From positions 1 through 36,096 of the forward strand of contig CAZZNU010000002.1 of the NCBI GenBank assembly GCA_964655925.1: 36,096 nt of DNA. The letters are read 5' to 3'. A model generated the notes under the pieces. It saw only the letters and a program-made list of their open reading frames with translations. It searched no databases and was not told the origin of the DNA. Source of the DNA: Candidatus Woesearchaeota archaeon (GTDB lineage: Archaea; Nanobdellota; Nanobdellia; Pacearchaeales; GW2011-AR1). Positions 25,239-33,661 of this stretch are shown here, one piece after another. The position numbers and the translations under genes are program-made. Positions within the stretch are counted from its first letter, which is position 1. Each line of letters begins with the position of its first letter.

Positions 25239-25818
25239 ATTTTTTAGCCAATAGCAGAGGAAAAATTATATCACTTAAGCAACAGGGTATCAACACAGAT
25301 ATAAAAACTATTATAACTGATAAAATCCACAATATTAATTTGCTCAAATTTGTAAAGCTAACTAAGTAAAACAAACTTGCAAACACTGATACAAAAACAT
25401 GTAACAAATGAGGTAACTTTGTATTTTTAAACTTAAGAGATGCGATTGTGCCTACTAGTGCCGATGATAAAATTATTAATGGATTTTCTAATATTGGCAT
25501 ATGGAATTGAGGTTTTAGGCCTAAAATTAACGCTCCTAAAAATGGCAATATAACATCACTAATAGTTCCTATGAAAATAGAAGCCGCCACACCTACTAGT
25601 AGTGCATGCATAACAGAATTGTTGTGCCTTTTAAAGACTAGTGTAGATGCAAAAGCTGAGAAAATGACATGTACTATATGTAATCCCTCAAAAATGTGTT
25701 TTGAATTATCATAGTTTATGAAAAATGATAGTATCAATGATACGACTATAGCACTTACAGTAGCAAATATTGTAAATGGTATATGTTCTTTTAACTCTTG
25801 CCTTATCTCTTTTTTCAT
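25216..25818 (-). CDS. Polytopic membrane protein with internally duplicated HxxH helices (possible metal-binding or transport role)
   Basis: 200 aa with about 6 hydrophobic helices. GLHIVHVIFSAFASTLVF and LPHLLHVFVSVFASLFYL are a clear internal repeat. The 3' end overlaps the convergent gene by 23 nt. Confidence 0.65.
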   Translation of the reverse strand: MKKEIRQELKEHIPFTIFATVSAIVVSLILSFFINYDNSKHIFEGLHIVHVIFSAFASTLVFKRHNNSVMHALLVGVAASIFIGTISDVILPFLGALILGLKPQFHMPILENPLIILSSALVGTIASLKFKNTKLPHLLHVFVSVFASLFYLVSFTNLSKLILWILSVIIVFISVLIPCCLSDIIFPLLLAKKSKKHYHL

Positions 25819-25866
25819 TCTATTCTCCTTATAAAAAAAATAAAAAAATAAAAAATTTATACTTAT

Positions 25867-26199
25867 TTAATTCCTTTGATTTGTATAACAATCTCTACAA
25901 TAAATCGGTTTGTCACCTGTTGGTTTGAATGGTACTTCACAATCTATTCCACAACTAGCACATTTCGCTTTAAACATTTCTCGTGGCTTATTGTTGAAGT
26001 TACTTCTACCAAATCTGTTCTTTGCAAACCTATTGTTACTTCCAAACCTGTTTCCGCCAAACCTATTATTCCTGCTTTTTTTGAAACAGTCAGGACATCT
26101 TACTGGTTTTCCCTCTGTTGGTTCGAAAGGTACTTCACAATCTTGACCACAGTCGGAACATACAGCTTTGAACATTTTTCTTGGTTCATCTTCTGCCAT
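25867..26199 (-). CDS. CxxC-x17-CxxC zinc-ribbon protein (two ribbons flanking an NRFG low-complexity linker)
   Basis: CSDC-17aa-CPDC and CASC-17aa-CRDC, counted by hand. Linker NNRFGGNRFGSNNRFAKNRFGRSNF. GGAGGA Shine-Dalgarno about 7 nt upstream of the ATG. Confidence 0.85.
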   Translation of the reverse strand: MAEDEPRKMFKAVCSDCGQDCEVPFEPTEGKPVRCPDCFKKSRNNRFGGNRFGSNNRFAKNRFGRSNFNNKPREMFKAKCASCGIDCEVPFKPTGDKPIYCRDCYTNQRN

Positions 26200-26368
26200 A
26201 TAGTTTTCCTCCTAAATTTATATATAATCTAAAAAAATCCATTTTGTTAATTTACCATTCATCTCGACCTAACTGAGAAATAATTGTTAGTTTAAAAACC
26301 CTTTGGAACAAAAAGTACACCTTTAAAGACATAAATTAACAGTGTATTCTCCATTATTTATTATTATT

Positions 26369-28681
26369 TTAAGCTAAATAGCTAGCTGACTTTATCAAAG
26401 CCGAGTTTGCACTCCTTAGGTATTTACGCTCTATCTGTTTATATCTTTCTTCATCTGATTTACTTACACTCGGCAATACTTTGTCCATTGCCTTTTCAAA
26501 ATGTCTTTCTGTAACCTCGTTTGCTTCTATATTTTCTCTTAGTGCAAGCATACCTGCTTCTCTACATAAATTTTCTAAATCTGCTCCTGTATATCCTTCT
26601 GTTTTTTTCGCTAACTCTGTAATCACTTTTTTCTTGTTTTTTATTGGCATATTTTTTGCATGTATTTCTAAAATTTGTAATCTTCCATCTTCTGTTGGAA
26701 TATTAACATAAACTATTCTGTCAAATCTCCCTGGCCTTACTATTGCTGGGTCTAGAATATCTGGTCTATTTGTAGCTCCAATAACAACAACATTAGAAAG
26801 TGTCTCTATACCATCCATTTCTGCCAATAATTGATTTAAGACATTCTCTGTGACTCTAGAGCCACCTTCTATATTTCCTCTCTTTGAGGCTATAGCATCT
26901 ATTTCATCGAAAAACACAACACATGGAGACACCTGTCTTGCTTTTTCAAAAATCTTTCTTATTCCCTCTTCACTTTTCCCTACCCACATTGATAACAAAG
27001 AAGGACCTTTTACTTGAATAAAATTAGCGTCACTTTCTTTAGCTACTGCCTTTGCTAGAAGTGTTTTACCAGTGCCTGGAGCACCATACAATAAAACTCC
27101 CCTCGGTGGTCTAATCCCAATCTTGGAAAAGCTAGATGGATATCTTAATGGCCATTCTATTGTTTCTCTTAATTCTTGTTTAGAATTTTCTATACCTCCT
27201 ATATCTTCCCACCTAACATCTGGAGTCTCTACTAATACTTCTCTCATTGCTGATGGCCTAACAGACTTTAATGCTTCTTCAAAATCATTTTTAGTTATTT
27301 TTAAATCATCTAGCACTTCATCGGGAATTTCCTTGTCATCTTCTAAGTTAAATTTGTGAACATTTCTTCTAAGTACACACATAGCTGCTTCTTTTGTCAA
27401 AGATTCTAAGTCTGCACCCACAAAACCATAGGTTTTCTCCGCTAACTCCTCTAAATTTACACTTTTTGTTAAAGGCATATTTCTTGTATGTATCTTAAGT
27501 ATTTGCAACCTTCCATCCTTATCTGGAACTGATAGTTCTACTTCCCTATCAAATCTACCTGGCCTCCTAAGAGCTGGATCTATTGCATTTTGTCTATTAG
27601 TAGCTCCAATGACAACTACTTTACCCCTAGACTGAAGACCATCCATCATTGTTAATAACTGCGAAACCACCCTTTTTTCTACTTCTCCACTACCGTCCTC
27701 TCTTTTGGGTGCTATTGCGTCTATCTCATCTATAAAAATAATAGAAGGCGAGTTTTTCTGAGCATCCTCAAATATCTCTCTTATTTTCTTTTCACTTTCT
27801 CCATAAAATTTGCTCATGATTTCTGGACCATTTATTATTATAAAATTAGCATCACTTTCATTAGCGACTGCTCTTGCTAAAAGTGTCTTACCTGTTCCTG
27901 GAGCTCCATATAGTAAAACCCCTTTAGGCGGTTCTATTCCTAATCTTTCAAATATTTCGGGTCTCTTAAGTGGCAACTCTACCATTTCCCTGACTTTTTT
28001 AACTTCGTTTGTTAATCCACCAATATCTTCGTAAGTAATTGAAGGAATACTTTCTTCCTCAAAGTCTATTGCCTTATTCGTTAAGGTTATTTGTGTATTT
28101 TCTGTAATAATGCATGGATTATTTGGGGATGTGGAAACAACTATGAACCTTACTTGTGTAGCTCCCCCCATATTCATAGGAATACCGATTCCTCCTATAC
28201 CCATTTGATTAAACAAGTCCCCTAAGTCTCCAAATATATCATTAATATCTCCACTCATTATATCACGCCTTTTTTGAGTTCCACCAAGCACAATAACATC
28301 TCCTTTGTTTACTGGCTTTCCTAACAATGCTGATTTAAACCTATTCATATCTCCAGACACTTGCACTCCTTGTTGAGCTGGAGCTATTGTTATTTTTTTT
28401 GCTTCCACTATGTGATATTTTTTTACAATTACATTATCACCTATGCCTGTCTTTGCATTCTTCCTTGTTATCCCATCTATTCTTATTATTTGGTCTCCGC
28501 TGTCGGATGGATAGCCATAATCTACGATAGAATATGTTTCTCGCTCACCTTTAATCGAAATAATGTCCCCTCTATCCAAATCTAATTTTCTCATGAAAGA
28601 AGGGTCTATTCTAGCAATACCTTTATACGCGTCATCTTGCAAAGACTCTACTACTCTAAATTTAATTTCCTTATCTGCCAT
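26369..28681 (-). CDS. cdc48: Cdc48/VCP/VAT-type AAA+ ATPase (two AAA domains)
   Basis: N-domain ([22 protein letters not shown]). Two Walker A motifs ([11 protein letters not shown]), two Walker B motifs ([20 protein letters not shown]), and second-region-of-homology motifs. ATG at 28681; the track start at 28687 is a TTG. Confidence 0.95.
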   Translation of the reverse strand: MADKEIKFRVVESLQDDAYKGIARIDPSFMRKLDLDRGDIISIKGERETYSIVDYGYPSDSGDQIIRIDGITRKNAKTGIGDNVIVKKYHIVEAKKITIAPAQQGVQVSGDMNRFKSALLGKPVNKGDVIVLGGTQKRRDIMSGDINDIFGDLGDLFNQMGIGGIGIPMNMGGATQVRFIVVSTSPNNPCIITENTQITLTNKAIDFEEESIPSITYEDIGGLTNEVKKVREMVELPLKRPEIFERLGIEPPKGVLLYGAPGTGKTLLARAVANESDANFIIINGPEIMSKFYGESEKKIREIFEDAQKNSPSIIFIDEIDAIAPKREDGSGEVEKRVVSQLLTMMDGLQSRGKVVVIGATNRQNAIDPALRRPGRFDREVELSVPDKDGRLQILKIHTRNMPLTKSVNLEELAEKTYGFVGADLESLTKEAAMCVLRRNVHKFNLEDDKEIPDEVLDDLKITKNDFEEALKSVRPSAMREVLVETPDVRWEDIGGIENSKQELRETIEWPLRYPSSFSKIGIRPPRGVLLYGAPGTGKTLLAKAVAKESDANFIQVKGPSLLSMWVGKSEEGIRKIFEKARQVSPCVVFFDEIDAIASKRGNIEGGSRVTENVLNQLLAEMDGIETLSNVVVIGATNRPDILDPAIVRPGRFDRIVYVNIPTEDGRLQILEIHAKNMPIKNKKKVITELAKKTEGYTGADLENLCREAGMLALRENIEANEVTERHFEKAMDKVLPSVSKSDEERYKQIERKYLRSANSALIKSASYLA

Positions 28682-29006
28682 CTTCAAAATATAATGATAA
28701 TCTGTTTATATCTTCTATGCACATACTTACCATTTCATTTAATTCTCTGTCACTTATAAAATCTATTATTTCCCGTGGTATACTCACTGCATAGCTGTTC
28801 CCAACGAAACGCAATTTGACTTTAAAGTTTTTTCCTTTTATTTTTTTATATTCTTCGTATCCTCTTAAATCTTCCGGATGGAATATTTTATTTGGACATT
28901 TTGGGCATTTTACTGTTCTAATTTTGAATCCATCTTTAATTATTGTCGCTGGATGCATTTTTTCGTTGCAACTTTTACACAATATTATATTATCAAATAT
29001 GTCCAT
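28671..29006 (-). CDS. Zinc-ribbon plus AbrB/SpoVT-like (swapped-hairpin) small DNA-binding protein
   Basis: 111 aa. CKSC...CPKC ribbon, followed by [20 protein letters not shown], typical of AbrB/MazE-fold domains. The stop overlaps the cdc48 ATG by 11 nt. Confidence 0.65.
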   Translation of the reverse strand: MDIFDNIILCKSCNEKMHPATIIKDGFKIRTVKCPKCPNKIFHPEDLRGYEEYKKIKGKNFKVKLRFVGNSYAVSIPREIIDFISDRELNEMVSMCIEDINRLSLYFEDGR

Positions 29007-29056
29007 GTATATACAGACATGTATATACTTTATAAATATTTTTGTTATGAAATATA

Positions 29057-30064
29057 CTATACTTTTTTTATTATAAGCTCTTTATCCTCTTGTGCTAACA
29101 TTACAACGCAACTTCGTTCGTCTGACCCACCTATTTTATATTTCTTTGTAGAGCGCTTATTTAACTCCCTTAAAATTTCATCAGAATATTCTTTTATCTC
29201 TTCAAACCAAGGCTGTTTATCATATCCCATTCTTTTTCTTGAATACCCTATGCTCTTAAATCCCTTTATGTGAACAAAATCTGGGTTTGCACGCAAAATT
29301 AAATCCACATATTCTTTGACATGTTCTTCTTTCATATTAGTAAGAGAATTTAATATTGGTGTTTCATTTTTCCCTTCTTTTACTAATGTCATACGGACAA
29401 CTCGCCTAACTTTTCCCTCTAAGGAATTCAAAACATCTAATGATTCTAAAAATCTTTCCCAAGCATCTTCATTAGATGAATTATGCCATTTCTGAAATAA
29501 GGTTTTATTTGAAGCATTTGTTGACAAGGTTATTTGTGTTGGTAATTCGTCACCCCTGAAATTCTTTAAAATCTCTGGGTTTTGTCCGTTAGTAACCAAA
29601 AAACTTACTGCATTTCTTTTCCTAATTTCTTTAAACATTTCTCCTATCTTTGGATATATTGTTGGTTCCCCTGACAGAGACATTGTGTACAGCGATGGGG
29701 TTTTCGCTTCTTCATATTTTTTCTTATCCACTTTTTTATTTCCTCCAAAACCTTCTAATAATTCTATTCTTTTTTTTACAATAGCATCTAGTATTTCTTT
29801 TGGTTCATCAACATTAGTTATATTTTTACCTAAATTCATTTCTATTGGACGCCAACAGTGAACACAAGAATTCTCACACCACATAACAGCTGGAGTCATC
29901 TGACAGCATCCAGAACTTTTAACACCATAAAATTTTTCTTTCCAACAACCCTCACCCGTTGTTAGAGATTTTTTTGTCCACATACATATTTGAACAGCGG
30001 AATGATTCCCAACTATACCATAATGCATTCTTTCTAACTTTTTCTTAATATCTTTTGATAGCAT
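29057..30064 (-). CDS. taw1: 4-demethylwyosine synthase Taw1/TYW1 (radical SAM)
   Basis: 335 aa. Radical-SAM CENSCVHC (Cx3Cx2C), upstream Cys cluster (CMWT..., GCCQMTP), and TYW1-like LSGEPTIYP. Confidence 0.85.
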   Translation of the reverse strand: MLSKDIKKKLERMHYGIVGNHSAVQICMWTKKSLTTGEGCWKEKFYGVKSSGCCQMTPAVMWCENSCVHCWRPIEMNLGKNITNVDEPKEILDAIVKKRIELLEGFGGNKKVDKKKYEEAKTPSLYTMSLSGEPTIYPKIGEMFKEIRKRNAVSFLVTNGQNPEILKNFRGDELPTQITLSTNASNKTLFQKWHNSSNEDAWERFLESLDVLNSLEGKVRRVVRMTLVKEGKNETPILNSLTNMKEEHVKEYVDLILRANPDFVHIKGFKSIGYSRKRMGYDKQPWFEEIKEYSDEILRELNKRSTKKYKIGGSDERSCVVMLAQEDKELIIKKV

Positions 30065-30106
30065 TCTAAAATATGTTTTTACTTATTTAAATTAATTTCT
30101 AAAAAT

Positions 30107-31471
30107 CTATGTAATTATTCTAAAAAGCCAGATTAAAGTCATTCCTAATAAAATTAAAAATATTCCTCTACCTATTACTTTTACCGTTTTTTTAGACGTT
30201 TCTTCTTTTGTGAATTTACCGATTGCTAATTCCAAAAATCTACCACCATCTAGCATTCCCCACGGTAGCATATTAAATAGCCCAACTAATAGATTAATTA
30301 TCATTATCCACCAGAATAAATAATAAATAAACATAGCTACATCTTTGTTTATTATAGAGTCGTACTCATCTGGATTTATTGTTAACATAACCTTAGAGAG
30401 TACTCCGCTCATCCCTGATTTACCTTTGGCATAACTTGCAACACCTAAGTATGCCTTTGAAGAATTCAGGGGACTAGAGGCAAATGTAATATTGTAATTT
30501 TCATACTCACCTTCAAAATAAGTCGTTACTATTGCATTTTCTCCTGGTTTATAGCTAGACAAGTATAATGCAAGACTTTCTTGATTGTGAACACCATAAT
30601 CGTCTATATATTTTATTACACCTTTAATCTGATGCCTAAACGCAGGAGTATCTTCATATGCATAAATTAGACTTGATTCGTTTAAGAATTCTATACTTTC
30701 CTTTGGAATAAAATAATTAGATTCTTCTATTTGGATAATCCCATAATCACCTTCAACTAATATATTGTCCATTTGTGATGTATCGATAATACTTATAGTG
30801 TAAGTATCAAAAGAATATCCTGATGGAGTAAATATTAATGCAACATATCCAGTTATTATTACAAAGAATGTTAAAAATACCATCACATTAGAGAAAGCTC
30901 CTGCTCCCAAAGTAGCCATTTGATTCACCCTTTCTTTTTTTCTAAAGTCCTTATCATCTTGTTCTACAAAAAAACCGAGTATTGGACCTAAGAACATAAA
31001 TCCGGTTGATTTTATTTTTGTCTTGGAATATTTCATTAAAACACCGTGGGCAAATTCATGAAATATACTAACCACAATAATCGCTATTAAAAAATAGGTG
31101 AAATAAAATGGTGGGAAATAACTTTTCATTCCAAATAATTCAGGGAAATAAGGGATTAGTGGTGCAATTGGAGGGGCTTTGATTTGATCTGTGATTGTAG
31201 GATTTGAAATATACACCCACAAACTTTGTATCAATAGAGAAATCATTGCCAGCATCAAGATAAATCCGATAGAAATTATAACATATCTTAATACACCTAT
31301 TATCTTATGATATTTCTTATCTATTTTCTCCATTAATTTTACGCCAAACTGAGTTCTATACATAAAAATAATGCCATCTCGTTGAGTGTGTCTTTTGTTT
31401 TTTACAAGGAGGAATACAACACCTATTACAAATAATATTAAAAAACATATATCGAATATATAAAAATTCAT
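30107..31471 (-). CDS. Site-2 protease family (M50) membrane metalloprotease
   Basis: HEFAHG zinc motif inside a TM helix, a central PDZ-like insert, and C-terminal NMLPWGMLDGGR (NxxPxxxxDG). Confidence 0.88.
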   Translation of the reverse strand: MNFYIFDICFLILFVIGVVFLLVKNKRHTQRDGIIFMYRTQFGVKLMEKIDKKYHKIIGVLRYVIISIGFILMLAMISLLIQSLWVYISNPTITDQIKAPPIAPLIPYFPELFGMKSYFPPFYFTYFLIAIIVVSIFHEFAHGVLMKYSKTKIKSTGFMFLGPILGFFVEQDDKDFRKKERVNQMATLGAGAFSNVMVFLTFFVIITGYVALIFTPSGYSFDTYTISIIDTSQMDNILVEGDYGIIQIEESNYFIPKESIEFLNESSLIYAYEDTPAFRHQIKGVIKYIDDYGVHNQESLALYLSSYKPGENAIVTTYFEGEYENYNITFASSPLNSSKAYLGVASYAKGKSGMSGVLSKVMLTINPDEYDSIINKDVAMFIYYLFWWIMIINLLVGLFNMLPWGMLDGGRFLELAIGKFTKEETSKKTVKVIGRGIFLILLGMTLIWLFRIIT

Positions 31472-31535
31472 TTGGACACCTTTATTATAAAGGATTTTTT
31501 CTTTTTATAAATGTTCGCTATTCTTTTTTAAAATA

Positions 31536-33560
31536 TCATTCGTTTATTCTTTTCAAGATATCCTCTAACTTAGATTTGTTTAACTCTATGTCTCTTATTT
31601 CTGACACACTATATATATCTTGATTATTAATCTTATTTTCTTTGATGACCTTTAAATCTCTAATTAGTTTTTTTCTCACCACATCGGAGACTAATATCTT
31701 TGAACTACTTAAAGAAGCCATCTTCTTTGATAGAATGAAAATATCGCTGACGCCTGTATATTTTAAAATTCCTTTTTCTTTTCCCGCTATTATATCTCCT
31801 GTATGAACTGATATTCCATAATCTAGTTTGTGTTTATACTTTCTGTTATGATTCGCTAATTCTCTATTAAGACTAAAAGCTATCTGAACGGCCGTCATAT
31901 CATTTTTATAAGTTCTTGTGATTAGTGGGTTTAATATCATAAAATAATATTCACCATCAATATCTATTGTCAATTTCGGACTTATTTTTTTTATCATTTC
32001 TATTAGGTCAGCCTTAACATTGTCTGGTAAATCTTTATGATTCTTTATTAAAAGTGTAATAATAGATGAACTCATTTTCTCTCCATTTAGTACCAATGTT
32101 GATTCTGCAGTTATGTTTTTATCTTGTGATATGAATTCTTTTTTTCTAGATACATTATGTTTTTTATTTTTCACCCTAGAAAAATTGATATTATTTTTTA
32201 TTTTTTTGAAGAAGCCTAAATTTGACTTTTTATTTGGTTTATCTTTAATTTTTTTAAGATTTTTATTCACGAAATAAAAACCAACAACTACTATTGCCAG
32301 AAAAACAAGAGTTAACAATTTATTTAAATTGAATTTGACAGCGCCATCACCTATACTTTTCACACTTATAGCGTTACCCGTCAAAAAGGTATTCCCAGAA
32401 TATTCTTCATGCCCATCTGAGTTTATGGAAATAGAATAATCTCCATCGGGGGCTTGTAGATTAAATTGTTTAGTTGAAGACTTTGGTAGGTTTAATTGGA
32501 ACGAATAACTTTTATTTGCTATTGTTATATTCAGTTCTTTGTCATATAGGCAGTTTCCAATATTTTTTATTTCTAATAGTCCTCCTATTATTTCATATTG
32601 TAGTTTAGGTGAGCATTTCATGTCGACTTCATATTTATCTGAAATCGTACTTCCAAAAAACGCATGTATATTCCATTTTCCCATACTGTCGTTAGACTCA
32701 AACTCTATATCATAATAATCATCTGAATTTATGCTAAATGTTCGTAGTTCTCCAGAAGGGGATTCCAGATAAACTATAATATCTTCATCAATTTTTTCTC
32801 CAGCTTGATCTAGAAGAATTGGATTTATTGTTAGCTTTTGGTTTGGATTTAATTCCAAGTCTGATATTGATAAATCTATCTTAGTAGGCCTTTGTGAAAC
32901 AACAAAGTATTCTAATTCCGTATTGGAATTTAAAATATTACCTTCTGAATCTTGATTGTAAACCATTACTGATAAAATATATGTTCCTGATTTTTGAGTT
33001 TCATTTGTTTTAACCTCTATACTAGCTCTCCCTAAAATCAAGTCTCCACTTTTGTCTGAAAAATTAGACACCTCATATTTTCCTGTGAAGTTCTCTCCAT
33101 TCGCTGTTGTAGAATAAATATCTAGAAGAATTATTTCTCCTGGTGCATATGTTAGCTTATTTAATGAAGACTTTAAACTTATTTTATCTGTTATCTCAAA
33201 AGTTTTACTTTTAATACTTTCTCCACTCAACGAAGCCACAATGTTACAATTACCTACTATTTTTGTTAAATTGGAGATTTCTAAATCTTTCTGGTTTAAT
33301 GTCTTAAATGGGAGAGAGTATGACTGGGGTGAGTCTGGAGAAAATGCACTAGATGGTATATTCAATAAATTTATCGTATCATTTTTACATTTCAAATCTA
33401 CCTTCAAACTTCCTTCTCCTCCGCCTCTTATTCCACTTAAACTTATATGCATTCTTTCTCCTAAATTGTAAACACTTTTAGGTTCAGCTAACTCCATTGC
33501 AGGACTTACAAAAGTTAATAGTACGAGAAATAATAGCGTTAATGTTATAATTTTGTCCAT
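31536..33560 (-). CDS. Single-pass receptor-like protein: signal peptide, ~400-aa beta-rich ectodomain, TM, Lys-rich linker, cytoplasmic degenerate nucleotide-cyclase-like domain
   Basis: 674 aa. Signal LTLLFLVLLTFVSPA and TM LLTLVFLAIVVVGFYFV. The C-terminal YGISVHTGDIIAGKEKGILKYTGVSDIFILSKKMASLSSSKILVSD resembles the class III cyclase core (IGIHxGxVxxG...Y..G..VN.A.R......IL(V/I)S). The canonical first metal-binding Asp is not evident. Confidence 0.6.
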   Translation of the reverse strand: MDKIITLTLLFLVLLTFVSPAMELAEPKSVYNLGERMHISLSGIRGGGEGSLKVDLKCKNDTINLLNIPSSAFSPDSPQSYSLPFKTLNQKDLEISNLTKIVGNCNIVASLSGESIKSKTFEITDKISLKSSLNKLTYAPGEIILLDIYSTTANGENFTGKYEVSNFSDKSGDLILGRASIEVKTNETQKSGTYILSVMVYNQDSEGNILNSNTELEYFVVSQRPTKIDLSISDLELNPNQKLTINPILLDQAGEKIDEDIIVYLESPSGELRTFSINSDDYYDIEFESNDSMGKWNIHAFFGSTISDKYEVDMKCSPKLQYEIIGGLLEIKNIGNCLYDKELNITIANKSYSFQLNLPKSSTKQFNLQAPDGDYSISINSDGHEEYSGNTFLTGNAISVKSIGDGAVKFNLNKLLTLVFLAIVVVGFYFVNKNLKKIKDKPNKKSNLGFFKKIKNNINFSRVKNKKHNVSRKKEFISQDKNITAESTLVLNGEKMSSSIITLLIKNHKDLPDNVKADLIEMIKKISPKLTIDIDGEYYFMILNPLITRTYKNDMTAVQIAFSLNRELANHNRKYKHKLDYGISVHTGDIIAGKEKGILKYTGVSDIFILSKKMASLSSSKILVSDVVRKKLIRDLKVIKENKINNQDIYSVSEIRDIELNKSKLEDILKRINE

Positions 33561-33580
33561 AAATTACCTTACCATAATTA

Positions 33581-33590
33581 GTATTTAAAG
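33581..33590 (-). promoter_or_regulatory. TATA-like box upstream of the receptor-like gene
   Basis: The minus strand reads CTTTAAATAC, 21-30 nt upstream of ATG 33560 and 8 nt from heptad array 4. Confidence 0.35.
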
Positions 33591-33598
33591 ATTAGGCT

Positions 33599-33661
33599 GT
33601 CAACTGTCAACTGTCAACTGTCAACCGTATACTGTTAACTGTTAACTGTTCACCGCTCACC
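33599..33661 (+). repeat. Heptad array 4: 9 tandem GTNNAC(Y) units
   Basis: GTCAACT GTCAACT GTCAACT GTCAACC GTATACT GTTAACT GTTAACT GTTCACC GCTCACC. The last unit overlaps the rtcB stop (33657-33659). Confidence 0.92.

Noticed and set aside
25876-26232. Two plus-strand ORFs (25876..26232 and 25910..26146) over the CxxC gene
   Set aside because: The minus-strand frame has exact duplicated CxxC-x17-CxxC motifs and a GGAGGA ribosome-binding site. The plus-strand frames are hydrophobic shadows.
26200-26368. 169-bp gap between cdc48 and the CxxC gene, considered as a possible sRNA or small ORF
   Set aside because: It holds only a 17-codon ORF (MENTLLIYVFKGVLFVPKGF). I could find no convincing stem-loops or conserved RNA motifs. 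Promoter and leader sequence for the CxxC gene explain it best.
26481-28585. Plus-strand ORFs inside cdc48 (26481.., 27072.., 27810.., 28361..)
   Set aside because: They are antisense to an unambiguous double-AAA+ ATPase frame.
28816-29273. Plus-strand ORFs 28816..29076 and 28878..29273
   Set aside because: They overlap the Zn-ribbon/AbrB gene and taw1 on the opposite strand. Their translations are aromatic/Ile-rich shadows.
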